Shown one piece after another: positions 17,747 through 26,981 of a stretch of DNA of 64,000 nucleotides. Under the pieces are notes generated by a model, which worked only from the letters and a program-made list of their open reading frames with translations, was not told where the DNA came from and searched no databases. The position numbers were made by a program, and so were the translations under genes. This DNA is from Eubacteriales bacterium (GTDB lineage Bacteria; Bacillota; Clostridia; Lachnospirales; Lachnospiraceae): NCBI GenBank assembly GCA_030537935.1, contig JAUNUY010000005.1:8347-72346 (forward strand), given 5' to 3'. Each line of letters begins with the position of its first letter. Within the stretch, counting starts at the first letter, position 1.

Positions 17747-18577
17747 ATGGAAAAAATAAAAATACGGGAAAATACGGTACAGGAGACCTTAGTCATTCCG
17801 TTGTACGGTCGGAAACTCTGTACGGAGCGGCACCCGAATCTCTTTCGGGACGATCGGGCGGCGACATTGATGGAACGGCTGGATTATGATTTTTCAAAAC
17901 TGGAAGCGAAGCAAAGCAAATTTTTTCAACGTTTCGGAGCGTTGGAAGTGGGGATGCGTCAGACGGCGATGATGACGGAGGTACGGCAGTATCTGAAAAA
18001 ACATCCGGCTGCGGCTGTAGTCAACATGGGGTGCGGTCTGGATTATACGGGAGAGGTTTGTGACAACGGGCAATGCCGGATTTACAACATGGATCGACCG
18101 GATGTCATTGCATTGAGAAATCGACTTTTACCACCCGGTGAACGGACGGAAAATATCGCCGCGGATTTAAAGGACACGGCCTGGTTCGATGCTGTTGATG
18201 CTTCGGAAGGTGTCATATTTTTTGCCGCCGGCGTATTCTACTATTTCATTCGCGAAGAGGCGCACGAACTGTTTCGCGCCATGGTGAAACAGTTTCCCGG
18301 CGGTGTTCTCGTATTTGATACGGCGGGTAAAATGGCCACGAAGATGGCGGTAAAAACATGGCTTCGAGAAATCGGTTCGACGGTGAAAAAGTTGTTTTAT
18401 GTGAATCGTATGGATCGTGACCTGGCACCGTTTCTCCCTGATGTTCGATTATCGACCAAGGGATATATGACGGGGTATAATGACCTGACGGACCCGTCCA
18501 TCAGTCGCCCTCTTCGTTGGATGTCACGTTTCAGTGACGGGCCTTTGAGTTTGCAAATAATCAAAATGGTATTTTAG
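17747..18577 (+). CDS. Class I SAM-dependent methyltransferase (leucine carboxyl / O-methyltransferase-like)
   Basis: AVVNMGCGLDYTG, IYNMDRPDVIALR and GVIFFAAGVFYYF resemble the LCM-type O-methyltransferase family. Confidence 0.7.
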   Translation: MEKIKIRENTVQETLVIPLYGRKLCTERHPNLFRDDRAATLMERLDYDFSKLEAKQSKFFQRFGALEVGMRQTAMMTEVRQYLKKHPAAAVVNMGCGLDYTGEVCDNGQCRIYNMDRPDVIALRNRLLPPGERTENIAADLKDTAWFDAVDASEGVIFFAAGVFYYFIREEAHELFRAMVKQFPGGVLVFDTAGKMATKMAVKTWLREIGSTVKKLFYVNRMDRDLAPFLPDVRLSTKGYMTGYNDLTDPSISRPLRWMSRFSDGPLSLQIIKMVF

Positions 18578-18655
18578 AGAGAAGATACAATCCGGCCGGG
18601 GACGGGCTTCTAAAATATACATTATAAAACGACAACCCCGTAACCGAAGTTGCCG

Positions 18656-19300
18656 TTAATCATCGTGATACAGCTTATACCGTATAATATGGTGGATGGA
18701 TTGCATCATCAGCAGGATGACCATGAAGAGGACCAAATGGAAAGATGATAACGTGTGCGATAACAAGGAGGCGAGCAGGAGTAAAAGCCCGGCGGTAATC
18801 GTGGAGAATGTCGTGAATCGTCCGACCGGGAAAAAGCGGGATTTACGTTTTGTCTTATCGTTTATTTTGCGACCGTAGTAGTCGTGCAGAAAAAGCATAC
18901 CCGTGACAAACAGGAACAGACCGCAGATAAAGGTACTGATACGCCCGACTTGCGTTGAATTTTGCAGTAAGCGGTGATTGCCGTTTAAGGCAAAATAAAG
19001 TTGTGATATGAACAACAGGACGAAAATACCTTGAAAAATCAAGCCGTATATCCAAAGGTTGGTCATGGTCCGCCGTGATGCATTTCTCTTGATGCGCCGT
19101 GCAATCAGCAAGAGAATGAGAAGGAAAATTAAGAGCAAGAACGGCAGAATCAACAGCTCCCGTTTACTGCCCATGCGGGTGAGCTGCCCGTACAGGTCAA
19201 AATGTGCCGGAATTTCGTCCGGACAGTATTGCCAGGTCGCAGCCAAGAGAAGGACGGGCAGGCAGGATATGATGATCAGAATATTTCGTAAGATTTTCAT
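18656..19300 (-). CDS. DUF1648/SdpI-like polytopic membrane protein
   Basis: Start at ATG 19300 (GGAGG RBS). MKILRNILIIISCLPVLLLAATWQYCPDEIPAHFDLYGQLTRMGSKRE is the DUF1648-type N-terminus, followed by 4-5 further TM segments. The 5' part of ORF-track 18656..19678 is not protein-like. Confidence 0.6.
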   Translation of the reverse strand: MKILRNILIIISCLPVLLLAATWQYCPDEIPAHFDLYGQLTRMGSKRELLILPFLLLIFLLILLLIARRIKRNASRRTMTNLWIYGLIFQGIFVLLFISQLYFALNGNHRLLQNSTQVGRISTFICGLFLFVTGMLFLHDYYGRKINDKTKRKSRFFPVGRFTTFSTITAGLLLLLASLLSHTLSSFHLVLFMVILLMMQSIHHIIRYKLYHDD

Positions 19301-19451
19301 GGGGCCTCCGACGTCGGAATTACACGTATTAACAGTAATATAATAATATAATAAGGTACGATTTGTCAAACGAAATGGCGAAGGCCGGAAGTGAAATGCG
19401 GACCGATTGCCGGTTGCCATCGTGCGAATGATATGAGAAAGAGAGAGAATT

Positions 19452-20129
19452 ATGTTTGCAGGACATGTATTGATAAAGGTAAGAGATTTGGAAGGATGCC
19501 GACGACATTTACGGAAAAACGGGCTTATTACCGAATATGGAACCAAGAAGTATCCTTGGAATGCGCTGATGCTTTTTTCGGAAGGGACATTTATTGAATT
19601 GCTGGACCAGGCATGTATGAATAAGCCGATGATTAAGGTGGCAAGATTTTTCATGTGGATAACGAGGAAACGTGCCATGGGACGGCGATTTCGCGAATAC
19701 AGAAATGCGCCCCCCGGTTACATCGACATGTGTTTGGAAGATACGAATCCGACGCTGGACGGATTGAGAAATTATTTGCGGCAGGCACGGATTCCGGCGG
19801 ATGTCATGAAAAGTCGGAGGAAAGATATACGCGGTCGGCAGTTGAAGTGGACACTGTGCGTCCCGATGGATGCACAGTTACCGTTCTTCATGAGTCCGTA
19901 TAATATCTCACCCCGGGCGAGCGCACCGGAGCATCCGGCCGGGGTACATGGTGTCGACAAGGTTGTGTATGCATGTGCGCCGGAGATGGTGACGGTACTG
20001 GAGAAACTGGCGGATGATCCGGCGCTGACACTGGTTGCAGAGACGGATCCGGCAAAAAGAGGAGTTCGGACGGTGACGATAGACGGTCGGGATATTAAAG
20101 AAATCCTAGGTGATTACATGGCGGAGTAA
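19452..20129 (+). CDS. VOC/glyoxalase-like domain protein
   Basis: MFAGHVLIKVRDLEGCRRHLRKNGLITEYG...FIELLD resembles glyoxalase-like (VOC) N-termini. Weak call. Confidence 0.5.
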   Translation: MFAGHVLIKVRDLEGCRRHLRKNGLITEYGTKKYPWNALMLFSEGTFIELLDQACMNKPMIKVARFFMWITRKRAMGRRFREYRNAPPGYIDMCLEDTNPTLDGLRNYLRQARIPADVMKSRRKDIRGRQLKWTLCVPMDAQLPFFMSPYNISPRASAPEHPAGVHGVDKVVYACAPEMVTVLEKLADDPALTLVAETDPAKRGVRTVTIDGRDIKEILGDYMAE

Positions 20130-20321
20130 GGGGCGACGGGTGGCAAGATTTCGGTCGGTACCGTTTCGGTACTGCGGCGGGCGCATGCATTCCGGGAGCA
20201 ACTGAAGCAAGATAAGATTCAGGCGGATGCGGTGGCAGATCCGTTTTTTCCGGGAGATGTTTGAACGGATGACGGTATCCGGCCGGAGAATCCTTATTTT
20301 CCGCCCGTGGATGTGAAAAAA

Positions 20322-20653
20322 TAAAACGAGATTGCCGTTTCGGCGGCCTTTGCGGAAAAATTCGGCGTCTATGCGGGCAGCCGGGTCGTCCTCGGCGTCT
20401 GTATATGGATGGCAACCTTGCCTTGGTTATTTTCGGTGCGCTGTTGACCGTACCTTTGGCAAAGCATCTCATCGACAGGGCTTATCCCTATCTCGTTTCC
20501 AACGTGGCGTGGGGTACGACGTATGAGCATCCCGCATGGTGGTATGTCCTGCCCGGTGCCGGTATCCTGCTCATCTATCTGGGCGTACGGATATTGTTGA
20601 TGCGTCGCATTTGCCGTATTACACCGGCCGTGATACTGAAAAGTCGGGTGTAG
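20322..20653 (+). pseudogene. Remnant of an FtsX/MacB-type ABC permease (fragments in two frames)
   Basis: IAVSAAFAEKFGVYAGSRVVL (typical start of the extracytoplasmic domain) sits in one frame. The last two TMs, ending RRICRITPAVILKSRV (typical FtsX C-terminus), are in ORF 20405..20653. Everything in between is missing. Confidence 0.35.
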
Positions 20654-20757
20654 GGCGGACGATTTCCCACCTGTTGAGATAGATGGAACCGGTATTGACA
20701 AAGATGGTTTCTCATTATATTATAAATGCGTAAGAAACTTGCGTATAGGAGGGGTTT

Positions 20758-21138
20758 ATGAAATTCAGTGAAAAAGTGCGTACGCTCCGCAAGCAATTTA
20801 AATTTACGCAAAGTGAGTTGGCGGAACGGCTCGGCGTATCGTTACGGACGGTGACGAATTATGAAACGGGGAATCGGTATCCGCAGCGACGTGAAATCTA
20901 TGATCGGCTGGGCGAAGTCTTCGAGGTGAATCCGGATTATTTTCTGACGGAGAATGATGATGAAATTCGGCCGCGTCCGGTTCGCAAAGAGCCGTCCAAA
21001 GAAGCGCAGATGCAACATTTGATTCATCATGTACGCGGTCTGTTCGCGGGCGGTCATCTTTCGGATGAGGATAAGGATGCGGTGATGCAGGCCTTGCAGG
21101 ATGCCTATTGGGATGCAAAGCGGCAGCGAACGGAGTAG
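20758..21138 (+). CDS. XRE-family HTH transcriptional regulator
   Basis: KVRTLRKQFKFTQSELAERLGVSLRTVTNYETGNRYP. Confidence 0.85.
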   Translation: MKFSEKVRTLRKQFKFTQSELAERLGVSLRTVTNYETGNRYPQRREIYDRLGEVFEVNPDYFLTENDDEIRPRPVRKEPSKEAQMQHLIHHVRGLFAGGHLSDEDKDAVMQALQDAYWDAKRQRTE

Positions 21139-21150
21139 GAAGGAGGGGTC

Positions 21151-21711
21151 ATGGCTTCTGCGGAATATATCCGCCGGATAACGGATGAATTGGCGGAACG
21201 CTTCGGTACGCGGGATCCGGTCGAGATTGCGCAGGGTCTGAATCTTCTCTACTATGAGCGTGCGGATTTCCGGGAGTTATTGGGGATGTATGCCGTGGTC
21301 AATGATACGGGATGTATTTTCGTCAACGGGAATTTGACGGGTTCAACGGCGCAGATGATTGCGGCGCACGAGCTGGGACATGACCGTTTGCATCGGACAC
21401 TGGCAGAGGACGGTGCCATTTGGGATTTTCAATACTATGATATCGCGGGCCGGCAAGAGTACGAGGCAAATGCTTTTGCGGCACAACTGTTACTGACGGA
21501 TGAGGCGGTTATGGAAGTGTTACGGGAAGGATATACCGTAACGGAAGCGGCCGGCATTCTGGGTTTTGACGAGCGTCTGCTTTTAATCAAGTTGAACGAG
21601 ATGAAGAAGGCGGGACATCACCTGAATCTTTCCGCCGTCCCCTCAGGTGATTTTCTCCGGCAGGTCCGGACAACGGATCGGCGGATGATGCAGGAAGAAT
21701 ATTACGGATAA
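21151..21711 (+). CDS. ImmA/IrrE-family metallo-endopeptidase
   Basis: HEXXH in MIAAHELGHDRLH, with EYEANAFAAQLLL downstream. Immediately follows its XRE partner. Confidence 0.85.
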   Translation: MASAEYIRRITDELAERFGTRDPVEIAQGLNLLYYERADFRELLGMYAVVNDTGCIFVNGNLTGSTAQMIAAHELGHDRLHRTLAEDGAIWDFQYYDIAGRQEYEANAFAAQLLLTDEAVMEVLREGYTVTEAAGILGFDERLLLIKLNEMKKAGHHLNLSAVPSGDFLRQVRTTDRRMMQEEYYG

Positions 21712-21718
21712 AAACGTG

Positions 21719-21752
21719 CAGATACGACAAAAATGTCGTATCTGTACGTTTT
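21719..21752 (+). terminator. Rho-independent terminator
   Basis: CAGATACGACA-AAAA-TGTCGTATCTG followed by TACGTTTTG. Confidence 0.6.
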
Positions 21753-21810
21753 GCGTTCAGAGGAAGGGAGGATGAGGACCACGAACGTTATCGTGGTGCA
21801 TCATACCGCC

Positions 21811-22773
21811 CTACAATATGCTTTTATATAAATCCGCCGCCGGGACCGGACTCCAGTAGGCGAGCGGCAGGTCGAAGACCGTGACACAACCACGTCGGCC
21901 TTCGGTATAAGCACGGTGAACCGCCCGGGCACAGGCTACGTTGACCGCGGCTGTAAATTCCGGGTTGCTGCTTAATTGCAACCCGAATTCATACAGTTGT
22001 TGCATGCCGGGGGCGGTTTCGCCGCGTCGCATGACCGTGCCGCCATGCGGCATGCCCTGATGTTCGGCTGCCATGGTCTTCGCATCGATAAAATGGACTT
22101 CCGTATCATAGTCGGCAAAGTAATTCGGCATCGTGACGATGGTCGTCCGGATGGCATCCGTATCCGCCCCGTCTTCGGCCACGACATAGCAGACACGGAG
22201 ATGCTTGTCGCGCGTGGTGAGCCGGGCGCCCTGTCCGCTGCGGACCGCTGCCATGGCGGCTTCTTTCGGCACGGTGTACTGGATGGCATCCGCCACTCCG
22301 TCAATCCGGCGCAGTGCGTCGCTGTGTCCCTGGCTGACCCCCTTGCCCCAGAAGGTGTGCGTTTCACCGTTTGGAAGAACGGACTGCGCGATGAGCCGTT
22401 GCAGGGAGAACAGGCCCGGATCCCATCCCGTGGAAATCATGCCGAGTTTATCCCCCGCTTTTGCCGCCGCATCCACGGCTGCAAAATGTTCGCCGATTCG
22501 GGCGTGTGTATCAAAACTGTCGACCACGTTAAAACGGCGAACGATGTCCGGCGTCTGCGTCATCAAGTCGGTGGCGGAGCCGCCGCAGAGGATGCAGACA
22601 TCGATGTCAAATTCATCCAGGCGGTCCGTGGCGTAAACCGGCAAGCCCGCCGATTGCACCGTTTCGGGGTCTCGTCGTGTAAAGATGCCGATACCCGTCA
22701 TGTCATTTTGTCGGGCGAGCGCCTTTTCCACACCCCTGCCCAAGTTTCCGTATCCTATGATTGCTGCTTTCAT
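21811..22773 (-). CDS. ddh: meso-Diaminopimelate D-dehydrogenase
   Basis: MKAAIIGYGNLGRGVEKAL, STGWDPGLFS, FWGKGVSQGHSDALRRI and MPHGG all match the Ddh pattern. Confidence 0.85.
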   Translation of the reverse strand: MKAAIIGYGNLGRGVEKALARQNDMTGIGIFTRRDPETVQSAGLPVYATDRLDEFDIDVCILCGGSATDLMTQTPDIVRRFNVVDSFDTHARIGEHFAAVDAAAKAGDKLGMISTGWDPGLFSLQRLIAQSVLPNGETHTFWGKGVSQGHSDALRRIDGVADAIQYTVPKEAAMAAVRSGQGARLTTRDKHLRVCYVVAEDGADTDAIRTTIVTMPNYFADYDTEVHFIDAKTMAAEHQGMPHGGTVMRRGETAPGMQQLYEFGLQLSSNPEFTAAVNVACARAVHRAYTEGRRGCVTVFDLPLAYWSPVPAADLYKSIL

Positions 22774-22786
22774 CCGATTCCTTTCG

Positions 22787-23533
22787 TTATTTCACATCAT
22801 CCATACCGTACAGTCCGGGCTCGCAATCGCGCAGAAAGCGGCAAGCCGCCAATGCGCCCTTTGCGAAGATACCCTTGGAAAGGGCGGTATGCTTAATTTC
22901 GACAACTTCATCATAACCGGCAAAGAGAACGGTATGTTCACCCACGATGGTGCCGCCGCGTACGGCATGGATGCCGATTTCATTATTACGACGTTGTCCC
23001 ACCTGGCCCTGCCGGCCGTAAATTTCATTCAATTCGGTTCGTTTCTCTTTGACGGCCTCCGCCAACATCTTGGCCGTCCCACTCGGTGCGTCTTTCTTAA
23101 AGTGGTGGTGTTTTTCGATAATTTCCACATCGAACTCGCCGAGTATTTTTGTAAGAACCTTGGTTGCCTGCAAGATGGCATGCACGCCGAGGGAGGTATT
23201 CCCCGATTTCAGTACGGGAATTTTTTCCGCCGCTTCCGCAATCATTGCCTCCTCATCAGGTGTATGCCCCGTCGTGGCGATGACGACCGGAATGCCGCGT
23301 GCCAGAGCGAATGCCAGGACATCGCCAATGACGGTATGGGCGGAAAAATCGAGGATTAAGTCCGGGGTTTCTTCCACCATATGCAAGTCGTTATAGACCG
23401 GATAACCTCCAGCGGAAGAAGGTCGTTCGGCGAGACCGGCGCAAATCCGGACATCCCCCGTTTTATGGCATAGTTCCGTGACGGCGCGTCCCATGGCGCC
23501 GGTACATCCGCATAGTAAGATTTTCATGGACAT
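22787..23533 (-). CDS. dapB: 4-hydroxy-tetrahydrodipicolinate reductase
   Basis: ILLCGCTGAMGRAV, EKHHHFKKDAPSGTA and HAVRGGTIVGEHTVLFAG. Confidence 0.9.
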   Translation of the reverse strand: MSMKILLCGCTGAMGRAVTELCHKTGDVRICAGLAERPSSAGGYPVYNDLHMVEETPDLILDFSAHTVIGDVLAFALARGIPVVIATTGHTPDEEAMIAEAAEKIPVLKSGNTSLGVHAILQATKVLTKILGEFDVEIIEKHHHFKKDAPSGTAKMLAEAVKEKRTELNEIYGRQGQVGQRRNNEIGIHAVRGGTIVGEHTVLFAGYDEVVEIKHTALSKGIFAKGALAACRFLRDCEPGLYGMDDVK

Positions 23534-23537
23534 CTCC

Positions 23538-24419
23538 TTATAAAAGACCGACTTCGGTCATGGTTTCTTTGAGCAGGACGACTGTCGCATCCCCCGGGGT
23601 GGTCAGCGGCAGGCGGTAAGCACCGGCCGGCAGCCCCATGAGGTTGAGCGCCGCTTTGACGGGGATGGGATTGGCCTCGGCAAAGAGGGCATCAATATAA
23701 CGTTTATAGCGGAGTTGCAACGACAGTCCTTCATCGTAGCAACCGGCCAGACAGGCGGCGACCATCTCGTGTGTTTCGCGGGGATTGGTATTCGCCAGGA
23801 CGGAGATAACACCCTGTGCGCCTGCCGCCATCATGGGGACAATGATATCATCGTTGCCGGAATAGATGGCGAAATCCGGTCCGCAGAGCCGGCGTATTTC
23901 CACCGTGGCGGCCACGTTCCCGGTGGCGTCCTTAATACCGACGATGTTTTCATGTGCCGACAATTCAAATACCGTCTGCGGCACCAAATCCAAGTTGGTC
24001 CGGGCCGGGACATTGTAGAGAATGACGGGGATATCGACCGCATCGGCGATGGCGAGAAAGTGCTCTTTCATACCTTTTTGTGTCGTCTTATTATAATAGG
24101 GTGTCACGGAAAGCAGGGCGTCCGCACCCGCTTCCTGGCACATGAGACTAAGATTGATACCGTGACGTGTGTCGTTACTGCCCGCCCCGGCGATGACCGG
24201 GATTCGTTTCCCGACCGCCTCCACCGTATAGCGGACCACGTCGGCCTGCTCCTCGTCCGTCATGGTCGACGCTTCACCCGTCGTTCCCGCGATGATAATC
24301 GCATCGGTACCGTTATTGATTTGAAATTCAATCAGTTCCCCCAAGGCCGTGAAATCAATCTCGCCCTCAGCGGTGAACGGGGTGACGATGGCCACACCCG
24401 AACCTGTAAACATTGTCAT
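23538..24419 (-). CDS. dapA: 4-hydroxy-tetrahydrodipicolinate synthase
   Basis: GSGVAIVTPF, IIAGTTGEASTMT, YYNKTTQKG and IVGIKDATGN. Confidence 0.9.
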   Translation of the reverse strand: MTMFTGSGVAIVTPFTAEGEIDFTALGELIEFQINNGTDAIIIAGTTGEASTMTDEEQADVVRYTVEAVGKRIPVIAGAGSNDTRHGINLSLMCQEAGADALLSVTPYYNKTTQKGMKEHFLAIADAVDIPVILYNVPARTNLDLVPQTVFELSAHENIVGIKDATGNVAATVEIRRLCGPDFAIYSGNDDIIVPMMAAGAQGVISVLANTNPRETHEMVAACLAGCYDEGLSLQLRYKRYIDALFAEANPIPVKAALNLMGLPAGAYRLPLTTPGDATVVLLKETMTEVGLL

Positions 24420-24431
24420 GATATCCTCCTT

Positions 24432-25730
24432 TTAATCCATATCATACTGAATCAGGTCATCCGGCGTTTCCCGGCGGATGACCGGTCGATCGCGCCCGTC
24501 CCGTACGAAGATGACGGCGGGTTTGGGTAAGCGGTTATAATGGCCGCTCATGCTGTACGTATAGGCCCCGGTCGAACCGACGGCCAGTATATCGCCCGTC
24601 CGGACATCGGGCATTTTTACGGCGGGGATGAGAATGTCACCGGACTCACAGCATTTGCCGCCCACGCGCCACGTCTTCTCCGCCACCTCGTTCATACGAT
24701 TGGCCAGGCAGGCTTCATACTGCGCCTGATAGAGAGCGGGTCGGGGATTATCCGCCATCCCGCCGTCAATAAACAGATAGTGCAATGCCGCCGCGGAGAG
24801 ATACTTTGTATCGCCCACGCGATAGAGTGTCGTGCCCGCGTTGCAGACGACAGCCCGTCCCGGTTCAATGATGGCCCGGCTCAGGGTAATATCCCGTGCC
24901 GCCGCACAATCCCGGATATGTTTCGCCAATCGTGTCAGGAACGGCTTTAAGGCGAAGGGGCGATCCGTGTCCGTGTAGTAGACGCCGAAGCCACCGCCCA
25001 GATTCAAGACATCGAGGGCGATGCCCGTCTGCGTCCGAATGTCGACCAGATAGTCGGTCATGACCTCGACCGCCTTCAGGAAGGAGTCTTCCTCAAAAAT
25101 TTGCGAGCCGATGTGACAGTGAATCCCGCGTAAACGGATGCCGGGCGCTTCGTGGAGAAAGCGGAGCGTTGCTGCGGTCTCCGGCGCACCGACCGCCATG
25201 CCGAATTTCGAGTCGCTGGTAGCGGTCCGGATGTATTCGTGCGTATGTGCATCAATACCGGGATTAACACGAAGTATGACGTCGATGCCGCGGATGTCAT
25301 CCACCGTCAGGCGGGCCAGCCGTTTCGCTTCCGCCATGCCGTCCACGATAATCGTTCCGACGCCCCATGCCAGGGCGGCACGCAGTTCGTCATCACTTTT
25401 ATTATTGCCATGCAGGTAGACCTTGTGCATCGGAAAACCGGCGGCCTTCGCGGTGTACATTTCTCCGTAGGAGACAACATCCAGACTAAGGCCCTCCTCC
25501 TCCGCCACGCGAACGACGGCTTTACAGGAAAAGGCTTTGGATGCATAGGTAACGACTGTCTCGAAGGCATCACTGCGGAAGCCGTCGCGGAAGGTGCGAC
25601 AGGTATCGCGCAGGAGTGTTTCATCATAGATGATGAGCGGCGTACCGTATTTTCGGACGGCGAAATCTGCGGGCACACCGCCGATATGCAGCATCCCGTT
25701 CACATTTTCCATGGTGCCGAACAGTTTCAT
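24432..25730 (-). CDS. lysA: Diaminopimelate decarboxylase
   Basis: Start at ATG 25730 (AGGAGG RBS). YASKAF, HCHIGSQI, NLGGGFGV and CESGD motifs. Confidence 0.9.
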   Translation of the reverse strand: MKLFGTMENVNGMLHIGGVPADFAVRKYGTPLIIYDETLLRDTCRTFRDGFRSDAFETVVTYASKAFSCKAVVRVAEEEGLSLDVVSYGEMYTAKAAGFPMHKVYLHGNNKSDDELRAALAWGVGTIIVDGMAEAKRLARLTVDDIRGIDVILRVNPGIDAHTHEYIRTATSDSKFGMAVGAPETAATLRFLHEAPGIRLRGIHCHIGSQIFEEDSFLKAVEVMTDYLVDIRTQTGIALDVLNLGGGFGVYYTDTDRPFALKPFLTRLAKHIRDCAAARDITLSRAIIEPGRAVVCNAGTTLYRVGDTKYLSAAALHYLFIDGGMADNPRPALYQAQYEACLANRMNEVAEKTWRVGGKCCESGDILIPAVKMPDVRTGDILAVGSTGAYTYSMSGHYNRLPKPAVIFVRDGRDRPVIRRETPDDLIQYDMD

Positions 25731-25744
25731 AGAACCTCCTTTAT

Positions 25745-25942
25745 ACAAAAAGACCATGAGCAAAAGGTTTGCCCATGGTCTTACGATCATCCTTTTGCCC
25801 TCAATGTGAAAGTTCTCCACCGGGGGATTGGGCATCCCGAGGTGACAGTGCCATTCCTATTCGGAGATGGCCCCAGCGTTTCCGCTTCGGCGGTTGAACC
25901 TTTCGTGGTCCTACTAATCTCAACCGCAGCCTCTATTCACAT
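25745..25942 (-). promoter_or_regulatory. Lysine riboswitch (L-box) with terminator, leader of lysA-dapA-dapB-ddh
   Basis: The minus strand reads ATAGAGGCTGCGGTTGAGATTAGTAGG..GAAAGG..GCCGAAGCGGAAACGCTGGGG..GGCACTGTCACC..GGTGGAGAAC. AAGACCATGGGCAAACCTTTTGCTCATGGTCTTTTTGT then lies just before the lysA RBS. Confidence 0.75.
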
Positions 25943-26123
25943 CAATGTATGTACTTGGACTCACTATAGCAAATGATATGGCCCTTGTCAACCGCTTCAT
26001 CGGAGGATGTCTCGCAGTGCCCGTCGGTCCGACGGTTCATTGCATTTGCATCTTAGAAGATTGTCGGTGGCGTGCGCGGTATCCCCGGGTGGGCATTTCA
26101 TCCGTTGATGTCAAGCATACAAT

Positions 26124-26150
26124 AAGCCCCGGCCTTACCGGCAGGGGCTT
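26124..26150 (-). terminator. Hairpin downstream of the ABC ATPase gene (weak U-tract)
   Basis: AAGCCCC-GGCCTTACCGGCA-GGGGCTT. Confidence 0.4.
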
Positions 26151-26201
26151 ATTACATCCTCACGGGTGTCGGTCACTGACCGCTTCCGAAACACCGTTAT
26201 T

Positions 26202-26981
26202 TTAAAATGTCACCACGAAGGGACGATTTTCATAATGCGATATTTTCAGTTCCGTGTCATAAATTTCATAGAGCATTTTTTCGTCCAAAAGGCCGTCTTT
26301 ATCACCCTCGTAAATCAGGCTGCCCTTTTTCAATGCGATGATGTTGTCACCGTAGGCGATGGCCTGGTTGATATCGTGTAAGATCATGACGATGGTGATA
26401 TGTCGCTCCTTGTTCAGTCGCTCCACCAGGTTCAATATCTCCAGCTGATACTTGACGTCCAGATAAGTCGTCGGTTCATCCAGAAACAGAATATCCGTAT
26501 GCTGTGCCAACGCCATGGCAATCCAAACACGTTGTAATTGACCGCTGGAAAGATTCGTCACGGGCCGCTCCCGCAGTTCATAGATCCCCGTCACCTTCAT
26601 GGCGTCATCCATAATGGCCTGATCCTCGTCGTTCAGTTTCGTCAAAACGAGGCTCTTATGCGGTGTCCGGCCGTAGGAGACCAGTTTCTCCACGGTAATG
26701 TCATGTGGAATCAAATTCTTTTGATGCACCATGGCGACCTTCTTCGCAAACTCCCGCTGGGAGATGTTGTCGATGTCCGTGTCATCCAGATGAATCTGTC
26801 CCGCACCGCGTTTTAAATTCTTGGAGAGCAGGTAGAGGAGGGTCGTTTTACCGCAGCCGTTCTGACCGAGGATGACCGTCCGTTTCCCGGCTTCGATTTT
26901 CGTATTGAAGTCTTTGAAGATGCTCAGTTCGGGATAGCCGAAGTTCAGACCTTCCACTTGAAAAACATATTTATCATGCAC
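26202..26981 (-). CDS. Iron-complex/heme-type ABC transporter ATP-binding protein
   Basis: Walker A GQNGCGKTT, signature LSSGQLQRV and Walker B ILFLDEP. Typical FecE/HmuV-family length. Confidence 0.9.
   Translation of the reverse strand: MHDKYVFQVEGLNFGYPELSIFKDFNTKIEAGKRTVILGQNGCGKTTLLYLLSKNLKRGAGQIHLDDTDIDNISQREFAKKVAMVHQKNLIPHDITVEKLVSYGRTPHKSLVLTKLNDEDQAIMDDAMKVTGIYELRERPVTNLSSGQLQRVWIAMALAQHTDILFLDEPTTYLDVKYQLEILNLVERLNKERHITIVMILHDINQAIAYGDNIIALKKGSLIYEGDKDGLLDEKMLYEIYDTELKISHYENRPFVVTF

Noticed and set aside
18656-19678. N-terminal extensions of several ORF-track entries (for example 18656..19678, 15813..16676, 24432..25835, 29029..31401, 35519..36436, 63427..63978)
   Set aside because: An internal ATG with a good Shine-Dalgarno sequence and a proper signal peptide or conserved N-terminus is present in each case. 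The upstream parts overlap promoters or neighbouring genes.
21976-25976. Long antisense ORFs over the dap/lys operon (21976..22896, 22685..23359, 23715..24530, 25152..25976 and others)
   Set aside because: These are shadow ORFs opposite strongly recognisable ddh, dapB, dapA and lysA genes. They are Arg/Gly/His-rich with no motifs.
25945-26205. 86-aa plus-strand ORF between the L-box and the ABC operon
   Set aside because: It has no RBS, starts inside the riboswitch region and shows no motifs. It is probably intergenic.
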